A DNA stretch of 64,000 bases from Candidatus Binataceae bacterium. GTDB taxonomy: Bacteria; Desulfobacterota; Binatia; Binatales; Binataceae. The stretch is taken from positions 1,973-65,972 of the forward strand of contig JBOHWH010000170.1 of NCBI GenBank assembly GCA_050736695.1, read 5' to 3'. Positions 38,586-51,992 of the stretch are shown here, piece after piece (position 1 is the stretch's first letter; each line of letters starts with the position of its first letter). The translations under genes were made by a program, and so were the position numbers. A model generated the notes under the pieces. It was given only the letters and a program-made list of their open reading frames with translations. It ran no database searches and had not been told where the DNA came from.

Positions 38586-40376
38586 TCATGCTGGGACGGC
38601 CAGGCGGGCGGCGGCGGCGAGCGCGACGGGCGCGTCATCGAGCAGCAGCGAGATGGCCTCATCCTCCCGATCGCCGGCGCGTGGTGCCAGCGGATCGGAG
38701 GGGCGCAGGCGATGGTCAATCACCATTCGCGCGAGCAGCATTCGGCGGGCGTCTCCCCCGCGTGCGCCGATTTCGGCGCCCTCCCACGCCATCAGCGCAG
38801 CGCTCGCGCAATGATAAAGCGCGCCCGCGGCCAGCCGATCGAATTTCTCGTTGCGCGGATTCCCGGCAACCTCCTCGACAAAAGCGAGTGTGCGATCAAT
38901 CAGCGCGGTGATCTCTGCGCGCAACGGCTCCGGCACCGACGCCGCTTGGCTGAGCCGCGCCTTCAGCGCACGGGCCAGGTCGAGATGGCCGCGCGCCTTG
39001 CCAACGGCGCGATTAACCACGTCGAGCGCGTTAATACTGCTGGTGCCTTCCCACAGAACTCCGATATGAGCGTCGCGGATGAGCTTTGAGTTGACCCAAT
39101 CCTCGATATAGCCATTGCCGCCACGTGTCTCCATCGCGCAGGTCGCAACCCGTAAATTGTCGCGGCAGGCGCGAAATTTGAGCAGCGCCGTAAGGATGCG
39201 CATCGCGCGCTCGGCAGCCGAATCGCCGGCGCGGGCCGCGTCCATCATCACCGCGTCGAAGGCAAAGACTGAAAGCGCCTGCTCGGCCGGAACCATCGTC
39301 TTCATCAGCTGCCGACGCATTAGCGGATGCTCGATGACGGCCCTGCCGAAAGCGCGGCGATGGCGTGCGACGACCAGAGATTCGTTAAGACAGCGCCGCA
39401 TCATGCCGGCGGCGCGCGCGCCATGCGACGTCCGGCTCAGGTTGACCATGTCCATCATCTGGCGCAGGCCGCGATCGATTTTGCCCAGATGGTAGGCGAC
39501 CGCGCCTTCGAGCACGACCTCGCCACTGGCCATGTCGCGGGTGCCGAGCTTTTCCTTGAGGCGCGCGACTCGATAGCGGTTGCGATCACCGTTCTCCAGA
39601 TGACGCGGCATCAGAAATAGTCCCAGTCCGGCCGAACCGGCGGGCGCGTCCTCGGGACGGGCCAGGAGCAGCACGACGTCGCCGTCAACGGCTGAGCAGA
39701 ACCATTTGTCACCGTAAAGGCGCCAATGGTCGCCGTCGCGCCGCGCGGTAACGGAACTGGTGCCGAGGTCGGAGCCGCCGGAACGTTCGGTCATGAACTG
39801 GGCACCCTTGAGCAGCACTTCAAGGTCCTGCGAGAGCATTCGCGGCAGATAGCGGCGTTTGAGGCTTTCGTCGGCGTACCGCTCGACCAGCACCGCGCCG
39901 GTGTCGGTTACGTTGATCGGACACATCAGGCCAAACTCCGCCTGCGCAAACAGATACTGAAACGCGTATTTGGCAACGTAGGGCAGCGGTGCCGGCCAGC
40001 CGAGCACGCCCGGCTGATGCGACATTGCATGCATACCGAAGTCGGCGAACGCAATCCGCTCCATCTCGCGGTATGCGGGATGGAACTCCACCCAATCATG
40101 ATCGCGGCCGAAACGATCGCGCGCATGGAGCACCGGCGGATGCTTGTCGGCGAGTTCGGCGAGCTCATCAAGACGGCCGCCGGCCAACTCGCCGAGGCGA
40201 TCCAGATGCGGCTCCATCGCCGCGCGCAGTTTCGGCTCCATATGGAGGTCGAGCAGATCGCGCAGGGAACGATCAATGCGGTAGAAATTCAATCCGCGGC
40301 AATCGGGGGCGACCAGTTCGGAGGGATCGGCGACGGTTTCGGAGCTGGCGCGGCGATCAATAGTGGCTGGAGCCAT
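38586..40376 (-). CDS. acyl-CoA dehydrogenase, long AidB-like type
   Basis: 596 aa from ATG 40376 (SD AAGGAG); ACAD middle/C-terminal domain motifs (RDAHIGVLWEGTSSI); 6-frame ORF continuing to 40550 is artefactual read-through across tRNA-Lys. Confidence 0.8.
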   Translation of the reverse strand: MAPATIDRRASSETVADPSELVAPDCRGLNFYRIDRSLRDLLDLHMEPKLRAAMEPHLDRLGELAGGRLDELAELADKHPPVLHARDRFGRDHDWVEFHPAYREMERIAFADFGMHAMSHQPGVLGWPAPLPYVAKYAFQYLFAQAEFGLMCPINVTDTGAVLVERYADESLKRRYLPRMLSQDLEVLLKGAQFMTERSGGSDLGTSSVTARRDGDHWRLYGDKWFCSAVDGDVVLLLARPEDAPAGSAGLGLFLMPRHLENGDRNRYRVARLKEKLGTRDMASGEVVLEGAVAYHLGKIDRGLRQMMDMVNLSRTSHGARAAGMMRRCLNESLVVARHRRAFGRAVIEHPLMRRQLMKTMVPAEQALSVFAFDAVMMDAARAGDSAAERAMRILTALLKFRACRDNLRVATCAMETRGGNGYIEDWVNSKLIRDAHIGVLWEGTSSINALDVVNRAVGKARGHLDLARALKARLSQAASVPEPLRAEITALIDRTLAFVEEVAGNPRNEKFDRLAAGALYHCASAALMAWEGAEIGARGGDARRMLLARMVIDHRLRPSDPLAPRAGDREDEAISLLLDDAPVALAAAARLAVPA

Positions 40377-40492
40377 CGGACGGCGTCTCCTTAGGATGCG
40401 AGTCGCGGTAAGATCGTCCGGCGTCTGCCGCGGAATGTCAACGACAGTTGACTCCGAAACAAGTGCGGCAATTGTCTCTTGAGGAATCTTAG

Positions 40493-40566
40493 TGAGCCGT
40501 CCGGGACTTGAACCCGGGACCCTCTGATTAAAAGTCAGATGCTCTACCAACCTGAGCTAACGGCTC
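40493..40566 (-). tRNA. tRNA-Lys (anticodon UUU), CCA not encoded
   Basis: Revcomp GAGCCGTTAGCTCAGGTTGGTAGAGCATCTGACTTTTAATCAGAGGGTCCCGGGTTCAAGTCCCGGACGGCTCA; anticodon loop CTTTTAA. Confidence 0.85.
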
Positions 40567-40692
40567 GATGCACTACTTGAGAGTTGCGATGTTTACAGGG
40601 ATTCGCGTGCGTTGGAAGCCCGCGCATCCCGCCCCACACGTGGAGTAGCGCCGGCGAGTTGCGAATTCGACATTCGCTCGCCGGGTGCGTAT

Positions 40693-41367
40693 TCAGCGCC
40701 CCGCGACTGCATAGTCGGCGCTCGCCTTGGGTGCGCATCCCTCCAGGAAGATCGCGATGATCGTTTCGACTGCGACTTCGGGGGTCGCAAATTCGCGTCC
40801 GTAGCGATTGAATCCTCGCACCATCCCGAGCATCGATTCGGCCGCGAGCCGCGTATCGAGATCGGCGCGAATCGCGCCGCGCGCGATTCCGTCGCGCAGA
40901 ACATCGGAGAGCATCCGCGCCAGTTGTTTGCGCTGTTCGCGAAAATCGCGGGCCTGTGCGGGAGGGAGAGCCCTGGGATCGCGCATCAGGGCTGCGAACT
41001 CGCGCCGATTCCAAAAGAAGAGAAGAACGTGGCGCACGATGGTCGAAATCTGTTCGCGAATCGAGGCGCTTTGGGGCAGTGCTTCGCGAATCTGCTTTTG
41101 CAGCTCGACAAAGCCCGCGATTACGACCGCCGCGTACAGCTCTTCTTTGCTGCCGAAGCGGCGATAGACGCTACCCTTGCCGACACGGGCGCGCGCCGCG
41201 ACGTGATCGATCAGCACCTGATCGAACGCTCGCTCGGCGAACAGTACGGTCGCACTCTCGAGGATCCGTTCGCGCAGGAACGGCGTCGCCGGACGGCCGC
41301 GCCGCCGGTGCCGCGGGCGCGAGGACAGGGCTGTCACGCGCGGGACTGAGATCGTTCTGGTATTCAT
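40693..41367 (-). CDS. TetR/AcrR family regulator, divergent from RND efflux operon
   Basis: HTH region RERILESATVLFAERAFDQVLIDHVAARARVGKGSVYRRFGSKEELY. Confidence 0.8.
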   Translation of the reverse strand: MNTRTISVPRVTALSSRPRHRRRGRPATPFLRERILESATVLFAERAFDQVLIDHVAARARVGKGSVYRRFGSKEELYAAVVIAGFVELQKQIREALPQSASIREQISTIVRHVLLFFWNRREFAALMRDPRALPPAQARDFREQRKQLARMLSDVLRDGIARGAIRADLDTRLAAESMLGMVRGFNRYGREFATPEVAVETIIAIFLEGCAPKASADYAVAGR

Positions 41368-41720
41368 GCTTGGGTCTCCGAACCGATCGCGATGCGCCAT
41401 CGGCGCTAATGTTTCACGTGAAACATTTTGCGCGCTGAGGCGTCTGTGTTTTCGGGCGCAGGGGTGTCACCCTGCGCGCCGGTTGTCGCGCGGCAGCTCG
41501 ATATATCTCAAATATGGACTCACAGGTCCGAAATTGCAAGAATAACAACTGCGCGTCGCCTCGCGAGCGCGATACGCTCGCGAGGCTCTGGTCGCGCGTG
41601 TTGGGCGCAGTCCCGCAACGCACCAGGTTTCGCGCCCGATAGACCCAAGGCTTGCGCGCCGGACGCGGGTGACATGCTTCCTTTTCGAGTCGGCGGTGCC
41701 GGAGGTGTGCGTAGCAGACG

Positions 41721-42974
41721 ATGGATACCGATACTCCCGCGAGCAAACTGCAGAACCCCACGCTCGCTCCCGGACCTTCGATCCGCACTCGCAAGGTGCT
41801 GGCGGGGGTGCAGTGGTGGGTGTGGCTGGCGGGCTTTTCGATTCTGGCGATCGTCGCCTACCTGATGCTCTCGCGGCCCAGTGGCGGAGCGGCAGGACCG
41901 GCAGGCGCGAATGCGAATGCGGGTCGCGCGATGGCGCTGGTGCCGGTTACGGCAATCACTGCGAAGACCGGAGATTTGAACCACTACCTGACCGCGATTG
42001 GCTCGGTCACCGCGTTCAATACCGTCACGCTGATGTCTCGCGTGCCCGGCGAGATCATGAAAGTAACTTTCGCCGAAGGACAGAGCGTGAAGGCGGGCGA
42101 CCTGTTGGTCGAGATCGATCCGCGGCCGTATCAAATTCAGCTCGAGCAGGCCGAAGGAACTCTGGCCAAGGATCAGGCTTCGCTCACCGACAACAAAATC
42201 CTGCTCGCGCGCGACGAAGAGCTGTTCAAGGAAGCGGTGATTGCGCGCCAGGATCTGGACAATCAGCGCGCAACCGAGGCTCAGTTCGAGGGCTCGATTA
42301 TCAGCGATCAGGCCGCGGTCGATAGCGCGAAGCTCCAACTCACTTACAGCAGAATCACCGCGCCGATCAGCGGAAAGATTGGGCTCAGGCTGGTCGATCC
42401 GGGAAACATCGTCGCGATCAACCAGGGACTGATCGTAATCACGCAAGTGCAACCAATATCGGTGCGCTTCAGCATTCCGGAAGACGATCTTCCGCTCGTC
42501 ATCAACGACATGAAGACCAGTCCAAATCTTCCGGTCGAGGCTTGGGATCGCGATTTCAAGACCAAGCTCGCCGACGGCACGCTGCTCACGCTGAACAACA
42601 CGATCGATCAAACCACAGGCACGATCATTCTGAAAGCGGAGTTTCAGAACCTCGATAATCTGCTGTTTCCGAATCAATTCGTAAACGCGCGCCTGCTGGT
42701 CGGCGTCACCAAAGACGCGGTATTGATTCCGGCAGCGGCGGTGCAACGCGGCAACGCGCGCGGTTCGTATGTATTCGTCGTCCAGCCCGGCAAGATCGCA
42801 CAAAAGCGGATCGTGACGATCGGCGCGACTGAGGGCGATACGGTCGCGGTTGCGGCCGGACTCGAATCCGGAGAGGTCGTTGTGACCGACGGCGTTGACA
42901 AGCTGCGCAACGGCTCGCGCGTTGCGGTCCAGATGGCCGCGAATATCGCCTCCACCGGCGGCGGCCGGCAATGA
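41721..42974 (+). CDS. RND efflux periplasmic adaptor (membrane fusion protein, MdtA/AcrA-like)
   Basis: N-terminal TM anchor, coiled-coil hairpin, lipoyl/beta-barrel domains ([13 protein letters not shown]). Confidence 0.85.
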   Translation: MDTDTPASKLQNPTLAPGPSIRTRKVLAGVQWWVWLAGFSILAIVAYLMLSRPSGGAAGPAGANANAGRAMALVPVTAITAKTGDLNHYLTAIGSVTAFNTVTLMSRVPGEIMKVTFAEGQSVKAGDLLVEIDPRPYQIQLEQAEGTLAKDQASLTDNKILLARDEELFKEAVIARQDLDNQRATEAQFEGSIISDQAAVDSAKLQLTYSRITAPISGKIGLRLVDPGNIVAINQGLIVITQVQPISVRFSIPEDDLPLVINDMKTSPNLPVEAWDRDFKTKLADGTLLTLNNTIDQTTGTIILKAEFQNLDNLLFPNQFVNARLLVGVTKDAVLIPAAAVQRGNARGSYVFVVQPGKIAQKRIVTIGATEGDTVAVAAGLESGEVVVTDGVDKLRNGSRVAVQMAANIASTGGGRQ

Positions 42975-45900
42975 ATCCGTCCCGGCCGTTTATTCTGCGG
43001 CCGATCGCAACCTCGCTGCTGATGGCGGGGCTGATGCTCGCCGGCATATTTGCCTACAGGCAGTTGCCGGTCTCCGCGCTGCCGGAAGTCGATTATCCTA
43101 CGATCCAGGTTGTGACCTTCTACCCCGGCGCCAGCCCCGACGTGATGGCGTCTTCGGTCACCGCGCCGCTGGAGCGCCAATTCGGGCAGGTTCCCGGACT
43201 TAACCAAATGACCTCGAACAGTTCGTTCGGGAGCTCGGTTATCACCCTGCAGTTCGTCCTCGATCTGGATATCGATGTGGCCGAGCAAGAGGTGCAGGCC
43301 GCGATCAATGCCGCCTCGACCTATCTGCCGGCCGACTTGCCCAATCCTCCGATTTACAGCAAGACCAATCCCGCCGACGCGCCGATCCTGACCATGGCGT
43401 TGACCTCGACCGAGCTCCCGCTCGATCAGGTGGAAGATCTCGCCGACACGCGCCTTGCGGAGCGCATCTCGCAGCTCTCCGGGGTTGGCCTGGTAAGTAT
43501 CAGCGGCGGACAGAAGCCCTCGGTGCGTGTCGATGCGAACCCTACGGCGCTGGCCTCATACGGACTCAACCTGGAGAGCCTGCGCGTCGCTATCGCGGCG
43601 GCGAATGTGGACGAGGCCAAGGGCAACTTCGACGGCCCGGGGCAGGCGTACACGATTGGCGCCAACGATCAGCTTCTGACTGCGAAAGACTACGGCCCGT
43701 TGATTGTCGCCTATCACAACGGCGCGCCGGTCCGGCTCTCGGATGTCGCCCGGGTCAGCGCCGGGGCTGAGAACGTCAAGGAAGCCGCGTGGATGAATCT
43801 CACGCCGGCCGTAATCATGAACGTTCAGCGCCAGCCCGGCGCCAATATTATCGAGGTCGTCGATCGGATCAAAAAGCTGATGCCGCAGCTTAAAGCCGGG
43901 CTGCCATCGTCGGTCAACGTATCGATTCTGACTGACCGCACAACCACCATCCGCGCCTCGGTCGCCGACGTGCAGTTCGAGTTGATGCTGACGGTGGCGC
44001 TGGTCGTGATGGTCATCTTCCTGTTCCTGCGCAATATCGCAGCCACCGTGATTCCGAGTATCGCGGTGCCGCTTTCGATCGTCGGCACGTTTGGCGTGAT
44101 GTATCTGCTGGGTTACAGCCTCAACAACCTGACCCTGATGGCGCTGACGATCTCGACCGGGTTCGTGGTCGATGACGCGATCGTCATGATCGAGAACATC
44201 TCGCGCTTTATCGAGGAAGGGCAGCCGCCGCTGCAGGCGGCGTTAAACGGCTCCAAGCAAATCGGGTTCACGATCGTGTCGTTGACCGTCTCGCTAATCG
44301 CGGTGCTGATTCCGCTCTTGTTCATGGGCGATATAGTCGGGCGCCTGTTTCGCGAATTCGCGATCACGCTGGCGGTAACGATCCTGGTCTCCGCGGCCGT
44401 GTCGCTGACCCTGACGCCGATGATGTGCGCGCGGCTTTTGCGGCACAAGCCGAAAGCCCGGCAGAACCGCCTCTACCGCAAGTCGGAGCAAATCTTCGAG
44501 GATACGATCGCGTTCTACGGCAAAACGCTCACCTGGGTGCTGCGCCATGAACAGGCGACGCTGGCGGTGGCGATCGCGACGCTTATCCTCACGATCGTTT
44601 TGTACATCGTCGCACCCAAAGGATTTTTTCCGGTGCAGGACACCGGCGTAATCGAAGGCGTGTCCGAGGCGCCTCAGACCATCTCGTTTCCCGCGATGGC
44701 GGCGCGGCAGCAGGAACTCGCCAAGGTGATTCTCGGCAATCCCAGCGTGCAGAGCCTGTCGTCGTTTGTCGGAATTGACGGGACCAACACTACCGTCAAC
44801 AGCGGACGCTTTCTGATAAACCTCAAGCCGCAGGACGAACGCGACGCAACGATCACGCAGGTTATCGCGGGTCTGCAAAACGCAACCGCGCAGATTCATG
44901 GAATCGATTTGTACCTGCAGCCGGTGCAGGACTTGACCGTCGAAGATCGCGTCAGCCGCACCGAGTATCAGTACAGCCTCGAGGATCCGAATCCCGCCGA
45001 ATTAAGCGATTGGACCGCGCGCCTGATGGCGAAGCTCAAGGCGATGCCTCAATTGCGCGACCTCGCAACCGACCAGCAGAACCATGGGCTCGAAGCCGAC
45101 ATTACAATCGACCGCAACACCGCCTCGCGCCTCGGAATTGGACTGCAATCGATCGATGCCAGCCTCTACGACGCGTACGGCCAGCGGCAAGTCTCGACCA
45201 TCTTTACCCAGCTCAACCAGTACCACGTGGTGCTGGAGGTGGCGCCGGAGTTCCAGCAGGATCCGGCCGCGCTCGACGACCTGTATTTTGCCGCAACCGG
45301 CGGTGGCGAAGTTCCGCTGAGCACCTTCGGCAAGATCACGAAAACCACGACTCCGCTGGTGGTGAATCACGAGGGCCAGTTTCCGGCGGTGACGATTTCT
45401 TTCGATGTGGGCCAGGGATACTCGCTCGGTGACGCGGTCAACGCGATCAAGCGGGCCGAGGCCGACATCGGGATGCCGGCCAGCATCCAGGCCGCCTTCC
45501 AGGGAACCGCGCAGGCGTTTCAGGCCTCGCTGGCGAACGAGCCGATCCTGATCCTGGCGGCGCTGATCACGGTCTATATCGTGCTCGGCGTTTTGTACGA
45601 GAGCTACATCCATCCGATCACGATTCTTTCGACGCTGCCGTCGGCGGGAGTCGGCGCGATTCTGGCGCTGCTCATCTGCCGCGAAGATCTGGACGTGATC
45701 GCGCTTATCGGCATCATTCTGCTCATAGGTATCGTCAAAAAAAACGCGATCATGATGATCGACTTCGCGCTCGAGGCGCAGCGCAAGGACGGCAAGTCGC
45801 CGCGCGAGGCGATCTATCAGGCCTGCCTGTTGCGCTTCCGGCCGATCATGATGACCACGATGGCGGCGCTGCTCGGCGGACTCCCGCTCGCGCTCGGCAC

Positions 45901-46095
45901 CGGCACCGGCTCGGAGCTGCGCCGTCCGCTCGGGATCACGATCGTCGGAGGCCTGCTGCTCAGCCAGTTGCTGACGCTGTACACAACGCCGGTAATCTTT
46001 CTTGCCTTCGAGCGTCTGGCGGAACGCTTCGCCGGCGCGCCGTCACCCGTGCCGGTTAAGGACGCGGTGCCCGGGTCGGCGGGAGCGCAGGCTTC

Positions 46096-46099
<4 letters not shown>
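42971..46099 (+). CDS. RND (HAE1) efflux transporter permease, MdtB-like
   Basis: 1042 aa, 12 TM plus two large periplasmic loops; ATGA overlap with adaptor gene. Confidence 0.9.
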
Positions 46100-49206
<3,107 letters not shown>

Positions 49207-49227
49207 ATCTCCGGGCGAGCTTTCGTT

Positions 49228-50157
49228 TCAGCGGCTCGAGATGCGCGGGGCGATACTCGCACCGCTTATCAGGATAAGAACTTCGGAGCGCCGATTCTCA
49301 GGATCGAGCCGCGCTACAAATGCGGGAAACTCGCTGCGCCCGAGTCCGACATCGGTGCGCGCGTCGCAGCCGCATCGCGCCGCCAAGCCGTCGTTGATCG
49401 TGGCGAAGCGGTCCAGATGCAGCGCCGCGATCGGCAGCGAATCTTCGGCGATGCCCAGCTTCAAGATCCCGCCCGCGCCAAGTTCAGGAGCCTCGACCAT
49501 CGGCGTGCCGGCCACCGTCGCAGTCTTAACGACCCAGTTGCGAAACTTGTCGTCACTCATCCGGCCCGTGTGCGAGTTCTCACGCTGAAGCTCGCTGATC
49601 GCGCCTTTCAGGGCCGATTTTGTTGCGCGGCTCGAATGAGCAGGCTTGAGGTTCACGAGCTTCCACATCTGCTCCGACCATCGCGCAACTTCGGCGCGGC
49701 TGGCGCCGGGAGTCGCCTCGTAGTCCTCGGCGGCGGATTCCGCGCCCGCCAAATCGCCGCTCTTGAGCGCATGCTCGACCCGATCCGCGTCGCTCTGCGC
49801 GATCGCCGAATTTATCCGTGCGAGAAGCGGGCCGCTGTTGCTATTGGGCAGGGCCGCCGCCTCGGCGCATGCCTGCTGCTGATCGGCGAGCGGAAATGAG
49901 GGCGCGCCGATGGTGAAATCAGTGATGCACAAGTCGTCCTTGACCTCGCGCAACTCCGCGGCGGAAAGCTTTTCGGGATGCGCCGAAAGAGCGATCAGAT
50001 CGGGACGCGCACGCGCGTAGTCGCCCGCCTTCATCCGCGCCCGCGCAGAGGTTAGCGCGCTCGGGGCGCATCCGGCGGCGAGTAACGCGACGAGGCATAC
50101 TAATCCGATGCCGAGCCCGCCGACGCCGATCGAGGGCGTTTGCGAAGAATGGATCAC
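49228..50157 (-). CDS. hypothetical lipoprotein
   Basis: Signal peptide with lipobox LLAAGC. Confidence 0.5.
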   Translation of the reverse strand: MIHSSQTPSIGVGGLGIGLVCLVALLAAGCAPSALTSARARMKAGDYARARPDLIALSAHPEKLSAAELREVKDDLCITDFTIGAPSFPLADQQQACAEAAALPNSNSGPLLARINSAIAQSDADRVEHALKSGDLAGAESAAEDYEATPGASRAEVARWSEQMWKLVNLKPAHSSRATKSALKGAISELQRENSHTGRMSDDKFRNWVVKTATVAGTPMVEAPELGAGGILKLGIAEDSLPIAALHLDRFATINDGLAARCGCDARTDVGLGRSEFPAFVARLDPENRRSEVLILISGASIAPRISSR

Positions 50158-50205
50158 GACTCGATTATGCGCGCGACAGCGCTCTTTTGGGAAATGTTTT
50201 TTTAC

Positions 50206-50233
50206 GAAATTAGTGAAAAGAAATTAGTGAAAA
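50206..50233. repeat. perfect tandem direct repeat 2 x 14 bp GAAATTAGTGAAAA
   Basis: AT-rich, upstream of lipoprotein gene (-) in short intergenic region. Confidence 0.5.
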
Positions 50234-50303
50234 CTGAACGAGAAAGCCACGCGCCGGAAGCGATAGCTGGTATCGCACCGGCGCGTGCGTTTATCGCGGA
50301 AAA

Positions 50304-50981
50304 CTACGCGGTGGCTTGATAGTTCCCGTGATCCGCTGGATGTATTCGATGGATGCGATCCATCTCGTCGCGCGCGGTGCGTTCGCGAACCGAGTCCGAT
50401 TCACCAAGCGGAACCGAATCCTTCATGCTCGTTTCGTTGTACAGCGCGGCGAAAGATCCGTAACCGCTGATCACGCCCGAAATCAGGGCGGAGATTCCAC
50501 CAATCACGCCGATGACACCCACGGCGGTGAACATTGCAATTCCCATCAGTCCGAACGCGATCCAGAGAAATAGCAACGACAGATTCATCGCGGCAAATTC
50601 ATAGAACGATGCGACCCACAGCCACAACGTGACTACCGCACTGACGATAAAAACCATCGCCACGCTGTCGATCGCCACCGCACTGGCGGCATGAACGCCA
50701 AAAACGGTCAGGTGGGCCAAGCCCCACCAGCCAAAGAACGCGCCCAGAAAAGTGAACGCGGTTGCCGCGATCGGATCGCCGTATGCAAATCCCCACATTC
50801 CAGCGAGGATTTCGATCAGTCCTCCAAACAGCATCGCCTCCAACATATACGGCGCCCACGCGGTTACAGGCTGAAAGATTACCGCGACACCCATCAGGAA
50901 CACGGCTACCGCAAGTCCTGCCAACCCGAGAGGGATCGGTGATGCCAAGCCCTTGTCTTTACCCGGTCGTAACATACGCAC
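50304..50981 (-). CDS. GPR1/FUN34/YaaH (SatP-like) succinate-acetate/proton symporter family protein
   Basis: N-terminal ASPIPLGLAGLA (NPAPLGL signature variant), 6 TM. Confidence 0.7.
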   Translation of the reverse strand: MRMLRPGKDKGLASPIPLGLAGLAVAVFLMGVAVIFQPVTAWAPYMLEAMLFGGLIEILAGMWGFAYGDPIAATAFTFLGAFFGWWGLAHLTVFGVHAASAVAIDSVAMVFIVSAVVTLWLWVASFYEFAAMNLSLLFLWIAFGLMGIAMFTAVGVIGVIGGISALISGVISGYGSFAALYNETSMKDSVPLGESDSVRERTARDEMDRIHRIHPADHGNYQATA

Positions 50982-51446
50982 CTCCGTTTGGGCGGCGCGC
51001 TGATCGAGAGAGGGACGTCAGAACGCCGCAGGTTTAACGTGTGTCTTGCACACATCTAATCTCCGTTCGGCTTCGTCTCTGTCGTCGAACGGGGCGTTTA
51101 CGTTTCAATTATTAGACGCATGAGAAACGCGAAATTATTCAATGCGCAGAGGTAATTGTCGCAGCCGATGTATCGCGACATGACCGATATCGCGTCAAGT
51201 GTTCGCTGGTGTCGCACAGACAGGCATTGGCCACATCGTGTCACCAGCAGCGACAAATCCTGGTCAATTACGCCGTACTTCGTTTATTTCCATTTCAATT
51301 CGGAGAATCTGTCGTACCAGATCGAAACGCTATTCAAAGAATCCGGAGGCTCTTATCGTACCGTGTCCGGACACTCCTTGTATCAATCTCGTGCAAATAC
51401 TCGATTCAGGTGCATAAGCAGCTCGCTGCGACGCATCTGTTCGCTG

Positions 51447-51462
51447 TGGCATGACCTCTGCA
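51447..51462 (+). promoter_or_regulatory. sigma-54 promoter candidate TGGCAT-GACCT-CTGCA ~90 nt upstream of flp
   Basis: -24 TGGCAT and -12 CTGCA with canonical GG-N10-GC spacing. Confidence 0.55.
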
Positions 51463-51550
51463 CTTGTCACCCGTCGACAGCGGAAAACAACGGAGTTCAT
51501 CTCCAAATTACGTCAACACGAGCCATCGCTCGAAGGTCAGGAAAAGAGTC

Positions 51551-51730
51551 ATGCGGAACTGGATCACAAAGATGTACGTGCGAATGAATATGGCCAAGGG
51601 ACAGACAATGACCGAGTACGTGCTGATTATCGCCGCGATCGCGGTGGCAGGCTACGTCGCCTACCAAGGCCTCGAAGGCGGTATCAACGAGATCATTACG
51701 AATGTCACGAACACCTTGGCGGGCGCGTAA
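51551..51730 (+). CDS. flp: Flp-family type IVb pilin (Tad pilus major subunit)
   Basis: 59 aa; leader ...MAKG then QTMTEYVLIIAAIAVAGYVA (Flp G/xxxxEY processing motif and hydrophobic stretch); start 51551 (alternatives 51575/51590). Confidence 0.75.
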   Translation: MRNWITKMYVRMNMAKGQTMTEYVLIIAAIAVAGYVAYQGLEGGINEIITNVTNTLAGA

Positions 51731-51745
51731 TTCGTCACCGGCGAG

Positions 51746-51812
51746 CACGGATGATCTCCGTGTCGCCGTATGCATCGGCAGCCGGCGGCGGGAAAACATT
51801 CCCGCTGCCGGC
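51746..51812 (+). terminator. two hairpins downstream of flp (CACGGA-TGATC-TCCGTG; GCCGGCGGCGGG-AAAACATT-CCCGCTGCCGGC), possible attenuator/terminator
   Basis: Seen directly; no clear U-tract. Confidence 0.35.
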
Positions 51813-51992
51813 AACCGAATCCAATAGGAGAACCGAACGGCGCCAACAGAGTAGTCGCAAACTGCGATCGCTCCGAAGTTGAAGAGATCTTGAACCAACG
51901 CAGTGCCTGGATCGTGATGCGCCAATAGCCAGTCGCGCACCGAGGAATTTTAACCCGGCGGGCCGTATGAGCGGGCGGAACCGAGGGGAGAA

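Noticed and set aside
41520-42971. 483-aa minus-strand ORF antisense to the RND adaptor gene, and 46357-47583 minus-strand ORF antisense to the RND permease
   Set aside because: GC-rich antisense frames without stops; products Arg/His/Asp-rich with no domains; overlapped genes have full-length family matches.
51156-51587. Three overlapping 70-140 aa ORFs in the AT-rich region upstream of flp
   Set aside because: Mutually overlapping frames, no SD or motifs; the region more plausibly holds the flp promoter and regulatory DNA (sigma-54 site at 51447).
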